Shown here piece after piece: positions 1 through 9,296 of a DNA stretch of 64,000 nucleotides; within the stretch, counting starts at the first letter, position 1, and each line of letters begins with the position of its first letter. The notes beneath the pieces were generated by a model. The model saw only the letters and a program-made list of their open reading frames with translations. It ran no database searches and had not been told where the DNA came from. Origin of the DNA: Schmidtea nova (lineage: Eukaryota); NCBI GenBank assembly GCA_044892505.1, contig CM097882.1:511934001-511998000 (forward strand), written 5' to 3'. Both the position numbers and the translations under genes were made by a program.

Positions 1-180
1 ACAAATTCGCAGTTAGCGCGTATTCTACCGGTTGCTGTGTTTTGATTCATCTTCACCTTTTGGCGTTTTCCACTTAATTGTTGGATTTTTAATGGAAGCT
101 AAGGTTAAAAATGGAATCTTGCGCGTTCTCTACCTATGGGGTTATCGCTTTATTAAAACAAATTGCGTTTTGGCCCAACA
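1..180 (-). repeat. LTR copy, partial (3' LTR if the element is minus-sense)
   Basis: No mismatch seen against 17208-17387 over 180 bp; the minus strand begins TGTTGGGCC. Confidence 0.8.
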
Positions 181-766
181 TAAAATACTCGGGGGCCCGC
201 AAAAATTGCGTCCCGCAATTTCTCAGAGGGGTTAAGAACCAAGACTAATCAAAGGTCAAAAGGTTGTACATTATACACGAGCTACTTGGTCGTGATCATG
301 CCGTTCGCGACAATAAAAATAAAAAAAAATTAATAAAATTATACATATACATAAATATGAGTCTACATCGACTCGCAAACAAAAAAAAATTAAATGTAAT
401 ATATGTGCCTACAGCGGCTAATCAAAGTTCAATATGAGTCTACAACGACTCGGATAAAAGTTTTACCAAGTTTATTAAGTTTGTTGAATTATCAATTTTA
501 TTATTGAATTGGTGGGATCTTCGACTGGAATAGTTTGAAGGACTCGTTATTGATCAACGGTTTCTTGTCATCTTCCCTTCGGGATTTCAAATGATTCTTT
601 ATTACATTGTTGATTTGGGTTTAATTGGCCATTTACAGGGGCATTACGATTTTTACACAGGGTCATGATTTAAATGATGCTGAAGTATTGTTAAAGATGA
701 GGATACAAATAGATGGATAGATTAAATGAATGGAAGAAAATACATGAGTTGTCGAATCGAATCGTA

Positions 767-1579
767 TTATTGTTTATAGAAATAATTCATCTGCACCGAG
801 GTTGTAGATGTCTCAGGATTAGGAGGTTCTGGAACTGGATCTTCAAATATTGATCTTAGAAAATTCTCTGACGGGTTGTTGTCTTCATGGGTGATTCGTT
901 TAATGGTATTCAACTGGATTTTTGCTTTCTCTAATTTCATTTTTTCTACTCCGATTGATGCAACAATGCTAAGGATCATTATGACCGTGAAAAGACTGAT
1001 GCCTTGTAGAACGACTGTGATGGCTGCTTCTCGGTCTCTGACGTCTTTGTTGGTTGATCCTTGTTTAGGGATAATCTCCCTTTGCTTTTCGGGTAATATC
1101 AATTGTTTTATAATTCTCTCGGTTTGATGAAGTTGAGTTTTTAGTTTTTGATTTAACTCCTCTGTGAAACTTGATCTTTCCTCATTAACTTCATCTTTAT
1201 TATTTAGAGATTTTTCTATTAACTTGCTCAATTTCTTTAGTTCGGTTGTTAACTGTTTGAAGAATGATTGGCTTTCGAGTTGTTTCTTTAGTTGAAGATT
1301 GTTTCTTTTGGTTAAGGAGATTTGTAATTGGATTAATTGTTGAGTTTCATTTCTCAATTGTTTAAGGATGGTGATTGAATCTTCTCTGGATTGGGGACAT
1401 TGTTGACATTGCAGTTGGATCTGTTGACACTCCTCATTTCTGGTGATACAAATTTCTTGATAGCTTACACATATGCTATCGGCTCTTCTAAATGGATGGC
1501 TTGCATAACATTGACTCAATGCTTCTTCGCTTCGGCAGTTTGTAATTATAAATACCACGATGGTTGTTGTGATCCTCAT
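767..1579 (-). CDS. Predicted type-I membrane protein (signal peptide, Cys-rich segment, coiled coil, TM helix, cytoplasmic tail); last ORF of the cassette
   Basis: 270-aa open ORF. Hydrophobic N-terminus MRITTTIVVFIITNCRS, six Cys in aa 24-61, heptad-rich middle, TM-like AAITVVLQGISLFTVIMILSIVASIGV. Confidence 0.75.
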   Translation of the reverse strand: MRITTTIVVFIITNCRSEEALSQCYASHPFRRADSICVSYQEICITRNEECQQIQLQCQQCPQSREDSITILKQLRNETQQLIQLQISLTKRNNLQLKKQLESQSFFKQLTTELKKLSKLIEKSLNNKDEVNEERSSFTEELNQKLKTQLHQTERIIKQLILPEKQREIIPKQGSTNKDVRDREAAITVVLQGISLFTVIMILSIVASIGVEKMKLEKAKIQLNTIKRITHEDNNPSENFLRSIFEDPVPEPPNPETSTTSVQMNYFYKQ

Positions 1580-1686
1580 TAGATTGCTCTTTTTCTATAG
1601 ATTTATAGATTCAAATTTGTTTAATGATTTGTCAACTTTTCTCTTTTATATTTTTACAGGGATATTTACATGAGTTTAGATATATT

Positions 1687-2262
1687 TTATTCTTTCGTCT
1701 CTTCATTTAGCTTTAGCGGACTTTCTGGCTTCCAGTTACCCATTTTTGCAATCTCGTCTGCTTCTTTTCGCCTTTGTTCTTTGAGGACGTAATTTTCTGC
1801 CGTTTTGATTTCTACAACTTTCTTTGCTTTGAACGTATCAAATTTTGCTTCGATGATTTCACTTTTCAACTTTATTATCTGTTTCTCTCTTTTTATAATC
1901 TTTTTCTGTTTGTTCTTCAATGATCGTTGTAATGACTCGATCGTAATTCTCCTTTTATTATCAGTGTTCTGTTCACTGCTTATTTCCCTTTTGAGTCTGT
2001 CAATCTCTTGCTTCTGTCTGTCGCAATATTTTTGAGTGAGACCATTTTGTTGGCGAAATAGATAATTTTCTCGCTTGATTATTTCCATCGTCTCGCACTC
2101 TTGCTCTATTTGTGCGATATATTTTCTATCTTTGCTCACTACTTCCTTCAATTGGTCTATTTGGTTTTGATAATATTGCTCTGTTGCTCTTTTCCATTTT
2201 TTGAATCTTTCTTTTGATATCGTTTGTTGTTCTGGTTCTGATCTTTGCTTCAATAATCTCAT
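1687..2262 (-). CDS. Coiled-coil protein of unknown function (element cargo)
   Basis: 191-aa open ORF, K/E/Q/I/L heptad composition, acceptor TTATAG 3 nt before the ATG. Confidence 0.7.
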   Translation of the reverse strand: MRLLKQRSEPEQQTISKERFKKWKRATEQYYQNQIDQLKEVVSKDRKYIAQIEQECETMEIIKRENYLFRQQNGLTQKYCDRQKQEIDRLKREISSEQNTDNKRRITIESLQRSLKNKQKKIIKREKQIIKLKSEIIEAKFDTFKAKKVVEIKTAENYVLKEQRRKEADEIAKMGNWKPESPLKLNEETKE

Positions 2263-2526
2263 TTTCTATAATTTGAATTTTCATAACTCTTTTCTACAGT
2301 TTTATTAATTTTGTTTTTGTTTTTATCATTTTTATCATTTTCTAATTTTTATTTGTTTTTCATTTTTTTTTTTTTTCTAATTTTTATTGAATTTTTATTT
2401 TTTCTGCTTTTTATTTAATTTTTTTTGGATATATTTTACAACTTTTGCTTTTTACATTTCTTTACAACGTTTTCTTTTTACACTACCTTTCAATTTCTTT
2501 TTACACTTTACATTCACTTTTATTAT

Positions 2527-3210
2527 TTATACAAACGTCTCTTCAATTTCTCCGAACCCTTCATCTTCGATTTGAGGATTTTCTTGCTCCAAATGTACAG
2601 GTTGTATTGGTGTTGGATATAGTGGCCATAGAATTATTGGAGGTTGATTTTGTAGGCTCTGAACTCTCTCTCGCAAAGTTCTTGAGATTTCTATCTCTTC
2701 ATCTAGCAAATAGGTCATATAATCGAGTTCTTCACTCAGCTGTTCCTTTTCTATCTCGAGCTCTCTCGTATTTTCCATGTTTTTCAACCTTTCAATCTCT
2801 CTTTCATAGTTTTGGCGGTTTTCTTCCAAACTTTGGATAGCCATTTCAATCTCATACTGCGATTGCTGGATCGCTTTCTCACATTCGGCCTTTGTTTCTT
2901 CTATCTGCCGTCGCTGGTGTTGAATGACAATGTCTTTATGCGTATTTGTTCCTCGATATCCGTTGACTTCACGGTTTGCAATAGTCAATTCAATTGTCAA
3001 TTCTTCAATACTTCTATCATCCATGTTTTTCTGTTGATCATATTGCCTGTTTTCAAATTCCAGATATTTGATACGAGCTTCTTGATTCCTGGTAAATTTC
3101 ATTCTCCTTTGATTCCATTCGGTTTTTAATTGAATTTGCCGTCTTAATTCTTTGTTTTCTATCTCTTGCTTTTCTGCATTTTCCCATAATTCTGCTTCAT
3201 TTATTGACAT
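2527..3210 (-). CDS. Coiled-coil protein; reading frame is open upstream to 3372 and overlaps the preceding ORF in the -1 frame
   Basis: 227-aa ORF rich in E/Q/R/N heptads; no stop in this frame between 3372 and 2530. Confidence 0.65.
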   Translation of the reverse strand: MSINEAELWENAEKQEIENKELRRQIQLKTEWNQRRMKFTRNQEARIKYLEFENRQYDQQKNMDDRSIEELTIELTIANREVNGYRGTNTHKDIVIQHQRRQIEETKAECEKAIQQSQYEIEMAIQSLEENRQNYEREIERLKNMENTRELEIEKEQLSEELDYMTYLLDEEIEISRTLRERVQSLQNQPPIILWPLYPTPIQPVHLEQENPQIEDEGFGEIEETFV

Positions 3211-3305
3211 CAGCTTCTTTGGGAATTCGCGTAGTTCGTCTCGAGTTCTTTTCCAGGTCTTTTTCCATGTTCTGGCTTGTTCTATTAGCCACTTTATTTG
3301 ATGCT

Positions 3306-4070
3306 TTATGCTTCTTTCTCTGAACTGTCCGTTTTCAACTGGAATATTTCTTTTCTGAGTTTCTCCGTTTCCTCATGACGTATGTCTGCATACCAATGAC
3401 ATTCCTCTTTCAGAGCGTCGATTTGAACGTCTCTCCGTCTTAGTAATTCTTCCTGTAACATTTTTCTGTGTCGAGCCATTTCCAATAAATCTTGGTGTTC
3501 TTGTTTCCATTTCCTAGCCTCTGCTTTAACTTTTCTAATTATCTTTTCTTGTTCGCTTTCAGGTTCAATGTTTCTTGTTCTGACTTTAAGCTTCTTTTGA
3601 GGTTGTCCTCTCAAGGCAAATGCTTCATCTCGACACTTTTCCCATTTCTTTTTCATGGCTTCATATCTGTTTCTTTCACTTTCGAGTTGTTGCTGATAGA
3701 ATCTTATGGAGTTGTCATACCTTGTTTCGGTATCTCTTTTATAAGTTTCGAGCTCATCTTTTCTTAATCTCGCTTGGTTTTTCAACGGTACCGACTTTCG
3801 TTGTTCGTGCTCGAGTTTTCTCTCCATTTCTTTGTACTCTCGTTTATAATTTTCTAGTTCGGCTTCGATATGCGCCTTGTCGATTATTATCTTTCGTAGT
3901 TCCTCATTTTCCTCTTTTATTTTATTGATCTCTTGGGTTCGTTTTTCAATCATTTTAACGTTCTCTTGGATGGCTTCCATTCTTTGTTCATAATTTCTCA
4001 TTTGATTTAGTTGCTCTTGTCTTTTGGCCATCTCCTGATCTAGGATGTCTATCAATTGTTGTATATTCAT
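3306..4070 (-). CDS. Long coiled-coil (SMC/myosin-tail-like composition) protein
   Basis: 254-aa open ORF of E/K/R/Q heptads, acceptor TTTCAG 1 nt before the ATG. Confidence 0.7.
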   Translation of the reverse strand: MNIQQLIDILDQEMAKRQEQLNQMRNYEQRMEAIQENVKMIEKRTQEINKIKEENEELRKIIIDKAHIEAELENYKREYKEMERKLEHEQRKSVPLKNQARLRKDELETYKRDTETRYDNSIRFYQQQLESERNRYEAMKKKWEKCRDEAFALRGQPQKKLKVRTRNIEPESEQEKIIRKVKAEARKWKQEHQDLLEMARHRKMLQEELLRRRDVQIDALKEECHWYADIRHEETEKLRKEIFQLKTDSSEKEA

Positions 4071-4205
4071 TCTGAAATAATAATAACATGGGTAATTTCC
4101 TTTTGTTTATACATTTTTTTGTTACTCATGCTTATTAAATAATACTTGTATACATCAATTGAAATTAAAATCTTTACAATTTATTTACAAAGTTGCTTAT
4201 TTGGA

Positions 4206-4655
4206 TTATTGATCGGCATAACGGAGATATAATAAATTTCTGTTTACACTTTCTGTTAACAAAGCTTGTTCATTTTTCCATTGTGCATAGGCTTGATTCA
4301 ACATCCTGCTTAATAATTCACATTGCGTTTTCCATGATAACTCTTGCGTCATTGTCTGCTGATAAACCATCGGAGCTGATATTGATTGAGTCTGGCTATT
4401 TGTTAGTTGTTGATTTAATATGAATGTCGTTTGAATTGGGTTCATGGTTTCATCAAATAGTGGAATTTCGACTTGGTATATCAGATTTCTATCATCAATT
4501 GTTGGATTTTGCGTTTCATTTTCGATTACTGGGGTTTGCAGTGACCTTTCTCTTTCTCGTATATTGGTATCTTCTGGAAACTGAATTTGATTTGATGGTT
4601 CATTGAACGTTGGAACTGATGTTTGATAACTTTGACTCTCGTTGTTCGGATTCAT
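4206..4655 (-). CDS. Q/N/T-rich protein with a C-terminal helical segment, unknown function
   Basis: The ORF track starts at a TTG (4664); the first ATG is at 4655, 2 nt after acceptor TTGACAG. About 149 aa. Confidence 0.6.
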   Translation of the reverse strand: MNPNNESQSYQTSVPTFNEPSNQIQFPEDTNIRERERSLQTPVIENETQNPTIDDRNLIYQVEIPLFDETMNPIQTTFILNQQLTNSQTQSISAPMVYQQTMTQELSWKTQCELLSRMLNQAYAQWKNEQALLTESVNRNLLYLRYADQ

Positions 4656-4806
4656 TTCTGTCAATAATTACACAATATTATCATTTGTTTTTCCCAGTTT
4701 TTAGGTATTCAATTTTTTGGATTTTTAAATTTTTATTATACAAATATATTCTACTTTTATAGTACAATATAATTTTATACACTATATACACTGTTCCTTC
4801 CACTGG

Positions 4807-7800
4807 TTACTCTGACAACTTGCGTTTCGACGACATCCTGATGTTCTCATCTGGCTCGTCGGTTAATATGACTTTTATGTCTTCTTGGGTGACTTTTGAA
4901 CCATTATGTGTTACTATCTGACATACGAGTGTTCTAAACATTTCTTGTGCTGCTTTCCTTTTGTAAATCCAGATTTTGTATTTTGCATCCCGCTTCAATC
5001 CATTTATTCGGATTTCTCCTCTTTCTGCTCGTTGGCATTTGACTGGATTATCTCCTTTACTTTGCAAGTTGATGCTACTCCAACATGCTTCTTCATTATC
5101 TGCTCCTGATGTTAATACTTGTACTGGTTTTCCCTTGTCATCAGCTTCCGTTCCTTTCAATGTTGACAGCATCAGTTTCAGCAATATTATGTCTTTTATT
5201 CGAGTTTTATGTAGACATGCTGTTCGTTTTTCATAATTTGAAGTTTCTTGCTTGAGTTCATCACTTTTGTTCCCAATTTCATCGTTATTGCTTTTTCCAT
5301 CATCTTTCTCGTCTTTGTCATTGTTTCTGTTGATACTTTCATTGTCATCTTTCTTTGTTTTGTTGTTGTTATTCCCTTCATCTTCATCGTCAGGCTTATT
5401 GTGATAATCCGAACCACCCTCGGTTTCGTTTAAAATGTCGTCCTCGACATTTATTAGTTTTATTATTTCCTCATATCTTTTCGCTATTTCATCTGCTTCG
5501 GCTTTTATATTTGCTCTCTTGGTTATTTCATCTTTGGCGTTGTTCCAGCTTCGGTGAATTCTGCTTTCTTTTATATTTTCCTTCCATATGATGACTTGCT
5601 GATATAATTCATGTCTTTTAGCTCCAATTCTTTCTTTTTCTTTTTTGTTGTTCGTAAACCTGAAATCAGGTCTTTGCAGCAATGCTTTAATCGTTTTACA
5701 CATTTTCCATTTTCTTTTCATGGCTCTTTTCATTATCATATTTTCACCGTCTTCAAATCTGTCATTGACATTTATCACTCCTTCGTGCGTAACTGGATGT
5801 AACCATTTAATCATTTTTGCTGTTGTTTCGTCGGCATCTTTGTTCACTGCATTTACTAATGGATTTGGATCTGAACTGAGCACTTCAATATCTTCTTCTG
5901 TAGCATTTGACATAATATATTTGATTATTTGATGGTTATTTGCTTGCACTGCATAAGATAACACCGTTTCATTTTTATCATCTCTTTCTTTAAAACTTGA
6001 TCCGGTTCTCATCAGTTCTGCTATGAGTTTCTTGGATCCTCCTTTTTCAATTGCTACCATCAAGGGTGTTTGATCTTTCCAGTTTTTCGTGTTGGTATGT
6101 TGCTTGCACTTTTCCATGAGTTTTATGATTTCAAACATTCTCTGTTCATTCCCACTTTTTATTGCGTGATACAATGGTATCTCATCTTTAAAACTGGCAA
6201 TTGTAAATAATATTGGTAATCTTTCTTTTATGGTATTCATCGCTTCTGTCGTTTCATTTCCTTTAGCATATTCCTCAACCATTAAGCTTACTCCTCCCAA
6301 TATTTCAAATAGATTTTTACTTTTTGACCATTCTGGCATAATTTCTTTGGTAATCTCAATGATCAATTCCATCTTTTTGCGGTGCTCCATTTTTACATCG
6401 TCAACTATCTTAGGTTGTTCAGATATTGTTGTCGGCTGATTTACTTTTCTGCTCGCAGTTAATATACGATGTAGCCAATCGTCATTTTTATTCTCTCGAA
6501 ACATACATACTTGTCCTTTTCTGGTCATTTCTTGATTTGATTGTTCTGTCGCTGTTTCTCTTGTGCAATTTTCTTCAATTTGGTGTTTCAACTTCATCGT
6601 ATTCAAATCAATTACAGATCCTTTTAACAGTTTTGGTATTAAGTCTGTTCCAATAATGCATGATGCACCCAGTTGTTTTATTACTGTCAAATAAGTTGAT
6701 ATTTTTACATTTCTGTATTCGATGTCCGTCCATATTTTTCCAACGATATTGACAGATTCTTTGCTGCATGTTATTACGTCTACTGATGTTTTCTCAATGC
6801 ATGACCATAACAATTCTGGTATCATGTCGATATCTATTGCTGATATATTTGCGCCAGTATCTATCATCGCGTCTACTTTTACGCCATTAACTTCGATGTT
6901 AATTGTAAGTGTTGGTCCAGCTGGAGTTTTCATCATTGCCATTATCGTTGTTTTGGGATTATCTTCACCTGTCGCTTTTCTGGTCAACTCGCTTCCTACA
7001 ATTTTATCAACAGTTAATTTATTACTTGTTTCGATTTGTATCGGGGTTACACCGATTTCTATATCATCATCCAGCGATTCTCCATCATATTTCAAGTGAA
7101 ATGGTAAATTGAATGGTAATCTCTCTTTTATCTCTTTGATCTTTGTTGTTAATGATACATTCATCTCTATTTCTTCTATACTCGGAAACTGAATTTTCAA
7201 TCTGCACATCTGTGGGTCATCGTTTGTTTGTTCCAGTTGTTTCCATTTTCTCATGATGTCATCAAATTGTGTTAAATACCAAGGGCATAAACGTCTGCAT
7301 TTCTCGATTTCTCTCACTATTAATCTCATGTTTGATATATTTGCACTATTTTTTATAACCCATTTTAGTAATTCGGTTGTTGTTTCACATTGATTTCCTG
7401 CACTCTTGCTTAGGTTACTGATTAATCGTTCGGTCTTTGACGTCTCTGTTTGTCTTGGTCTTTCGAGCTTCGCTGATTTCCTCTTTTCCTCCGACTTCTG
7501 ATTCATTTTCGTCATTTCTTCTATGGAAATGGTTAACAATCTTTGTGCCACTTCTTCTAATTTGATTGTCGTAGATTCATCCCATTTCTCGTCCATGCTA
7601 CATGTATCATCATTGCTTCTTCTTTCTCTTCTTTTTCGGTTATATTTCTCCACAAACTTCTTCTTTTCTTCTCCCTCCATATCTTTTACTGAAAATTCAT
7701 ATACATTTCCCTTTCTTTCGATTTCAACGTCTGATAATTCGGTTATCATTTCATTTACTTTTCCTTCGATATTCCGTTGTAGTTGCATTTTCATTGTTAC

Positions 7801-7917
7801 TACTTCTTTTTCTTCTTCCTGTAAATTATCTTCTACTTTTGGACTGGTTAGTCTCTGCTCCTCTTTTAATAAATTATCTTCTGAGTTTACACTGGTAATT
7901 TTCTGATTCTCCTCCAT
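4807..7917 (-). CDS. 1036-aa multidomain protein: ubiquitin-like domain + retropepsin-type aspartic protease + ankyrin repeats + FN3-like C-terminal domain
   Basis: Ubl pattern aa ~237-305 (EIEMNVSLTTKIKEIKERL...HLKYDGESLDDD). Protease aa ~335-445 (IEVNGVKVDAMIDTGANISAI...CIIGTDL). Ankyrin repeats aa ~577-755 (PLYHAIKSGN, DQTPLMVAIEKG, ETVLSYAVQANN, NPLVNAV). IRINGLKRDAKYKIWI resembles the FN3 E-F strands (weakest call). Confidence 0.85.
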   Translation of the reverse strand: MEENQKITSVNSEDNLLKEEQRLTSPKVEDNLQEEEKEVVTMKMQLQRNIEGKVNEMITELSDVEIERKGNVYEFSVKDMEGEEKKKFVEKYNRKRRERRSNDDTCSMDEKWDESTTIKLEEVAQRLLTISIEEMTKMNQKSEEKRKSAKLERPRQTETSKTERLISNLSKSAGNQCETTTELLKWVIKNSANISNMRLIVREIEKCRRLCPWYLTQFDDIMRKWKQLEQTNDDPQMCRLKIQFPSIEEIEMNVSLTTKIKEIKERLPFNLPFHLKYDGESLDDDIEIGVTPIQIETSNKLTVDKIVGSELTRKATGEDNPKTTIMAMMKTPAGPTLTINIEVNGVKVDAMIDTGANISAIDIDMIPELLWSCIEKTSVDVITCSKESVNIVGKIWTDIEYRNVKISTYLTVIKQLGASCIIGTDLIPKLLKGSVIDLNTMKLKHQIEENCTRETATEQSNQEMTRKGQVCMFRENKNDDWLHRILTASRKVNQPTTISEQPKIVDDVKMEHRKKMELIIEITKEIMPEWSKSKNLFEILGGVSLMVEEYAKGNETTEAMNTIKERLPILFTIASFKDEIPLYHAIKSGNEQRMFEIIKLMEKCKQHTNTKNWKDQTPLMVAIEKGGSKKLIAELMRTGSSFKERDDKNETVLSYAVQANNHQIIKYIMSNATEEDIEVLSSDPNPLVNAVNKDADETTAKMIKWLHPVTHEGVINVNDRFEDGENMIMKRAMKRKWKMCKTIKALLQRPDFRFTNNKKEKERIGAKRHELYQQVIIWKENIKESRIHRSWNNAKDEITKRANIKAEADEIAKRYEEIIKLINVEDDILNETEGGSDYHNKPDDEDEGNNNNKTKKDDNESINRNNDKDEKDDGKSNNDEIGNKSDELKQETSNYEKRTACLHKTRIKDIILLKLMLSTLKGTEADDKGKPVQVLTSGADNEEACWSSINLQSKGDNPVKCQRAERGEIRINGLKRDAKYKIWIYKRKAAQEMFRTLVCQIVTHNGSKVTQEDIKVILTDEPDENIRMSSKRKLSE

Positions 7918-8674
7918 TTCTTTCTGAAAATCGGCTACAAACTTTCTAATATTGTGGATTTTACTTCTTTATTTCTCAGTTTTATTTCTTTTTAATTTCC
8001 TCTCGTCGTTTTTAATAGATTTGACTCTTTATCTTTCGACTTTACGAACTTGGTTGGTGTGGTAATATTGTCAATTTGTGTTTAATATCGATTGCTGATC
8101 TTTCTTTTATCTTCAATTGGATCTTCTTCGATTTATTTTCTTTTACTTCTTTCCTTTTCAATTAGACTTCTTTTTCTTCTTTTCTTCTATATATACCTCT
8201 TCAATAACTGATTGATTTGACTGTTTCTTGACTTGTCTTTGATCTGTTGGACAATCTAAATAAAAATATCGCTTCTTCATCGACGCCATTTACCCCCCTT
8301 TTACTCTGAGCTCAGATTTTAAATTATCTATATCTCGTAATAATTATCTATATGGTCGTATCAATTATCTATACCCTGATAATAACAATAATAATAACAA
8401 TAATAATACTATAATAACAATAGGATCCTGTCGACTCGTTTTCATACTCATCTCGGTGTTCGAGGTAATAAAAAAAATGTCTTGTTCATTATCTATTCAT
8501 GGCCATTATTTTATTTCCTAGGTATTTCTCGATATCTTTGTCTGCTCTTGTTAACGGTTTCTCTTACTACATCTTAAGTATTCGCGTTCAACGTTTCTCT
8601 CTATCATAACAAAATTATAACTGCAGTTTTATTTAATTCTATTTCTCAAACGTTTTTCCTAAATTTCTCAACAA

Positions 8675-9296
8675 TATTCACAAACATTGGACTCTCAAAG
8701 TCTCTCACATACATGAACTCTCAAAGTTTCTCAATATTCACAAACATTGGACTCTCAAAGTCTCTCACATACATGAACTCTCAAAGTTTCTCAATTATCT
8801 GGACTCTCAAAGTCTCTCATACATGAACTCTCAAAGTTTCTCAATTATCTGGACTCTCAAAGTCTCTCATACATGAACTCTCAAAGTTTCTCAATTATCT
8901 GGACTCTCAAAGTCTCTCAATTATCTGGACTCTCAAAGTCTCTCCCAGAGCGCTCAATTATCTGGACTCTCAAAGTCTCTAAATTACCTGGACTCTCAAA
9001 GTCTCTCAATTATCTGGACTCTCAAAGTCTCTCAATTATCTGGACTCTCAAAGTCTCTCAATTATCTGGACTCTCAAAGTCTCTCAATTATCTGGACTCT
9101 CAAAGTCTCTCAATTATCTGGACTCTCAAAGTCTCTCAATTATCTGGACTCTCAAAGTCTCTTACATACATGAACTCTCAAAGTTTCTCAATTATCTGGA
9201 CTCTCAAAGTCTCTCACATACATGAACTCTCAAAGTTTCTCAATTATCTGGACTCTCAAAGTCTCTCGCATACATGAACTCTCAAAGTTTCTCAAT
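8675..9296. repeat. Minisatellite array, ~26-bp period, about 23 copies of the core ACTCTCAAAGT with two alternating variants
   Basis: Units TGGACTCTCAAAGTCTCTCAATTATC and CATGAACTCTCAAAGTTTCTCAATTATC read directly from the sequence. Confidence 0.95.

Noticed and set aside
1745-5500. Shared heptapeptide EADEIAK in the 191-aa and 1036-aa ORFs
   Set aside because: The similarity does not extend and the codons differ; plausible by chance in charged helices.
876-7906. Numerous plus-strand ORFs of 60-130 aa
   Set aside because: F/L/S/I-rich antisense shadows of the K/E-rich minus-strand ORFs.
8675-9296. CRISPR-like array or coding ORF (8873-9277 +)
   Set aside because: There are no unique spacers, no cas genes and the context is eukaryotic; the ORF is just a translation of the tandem unit.
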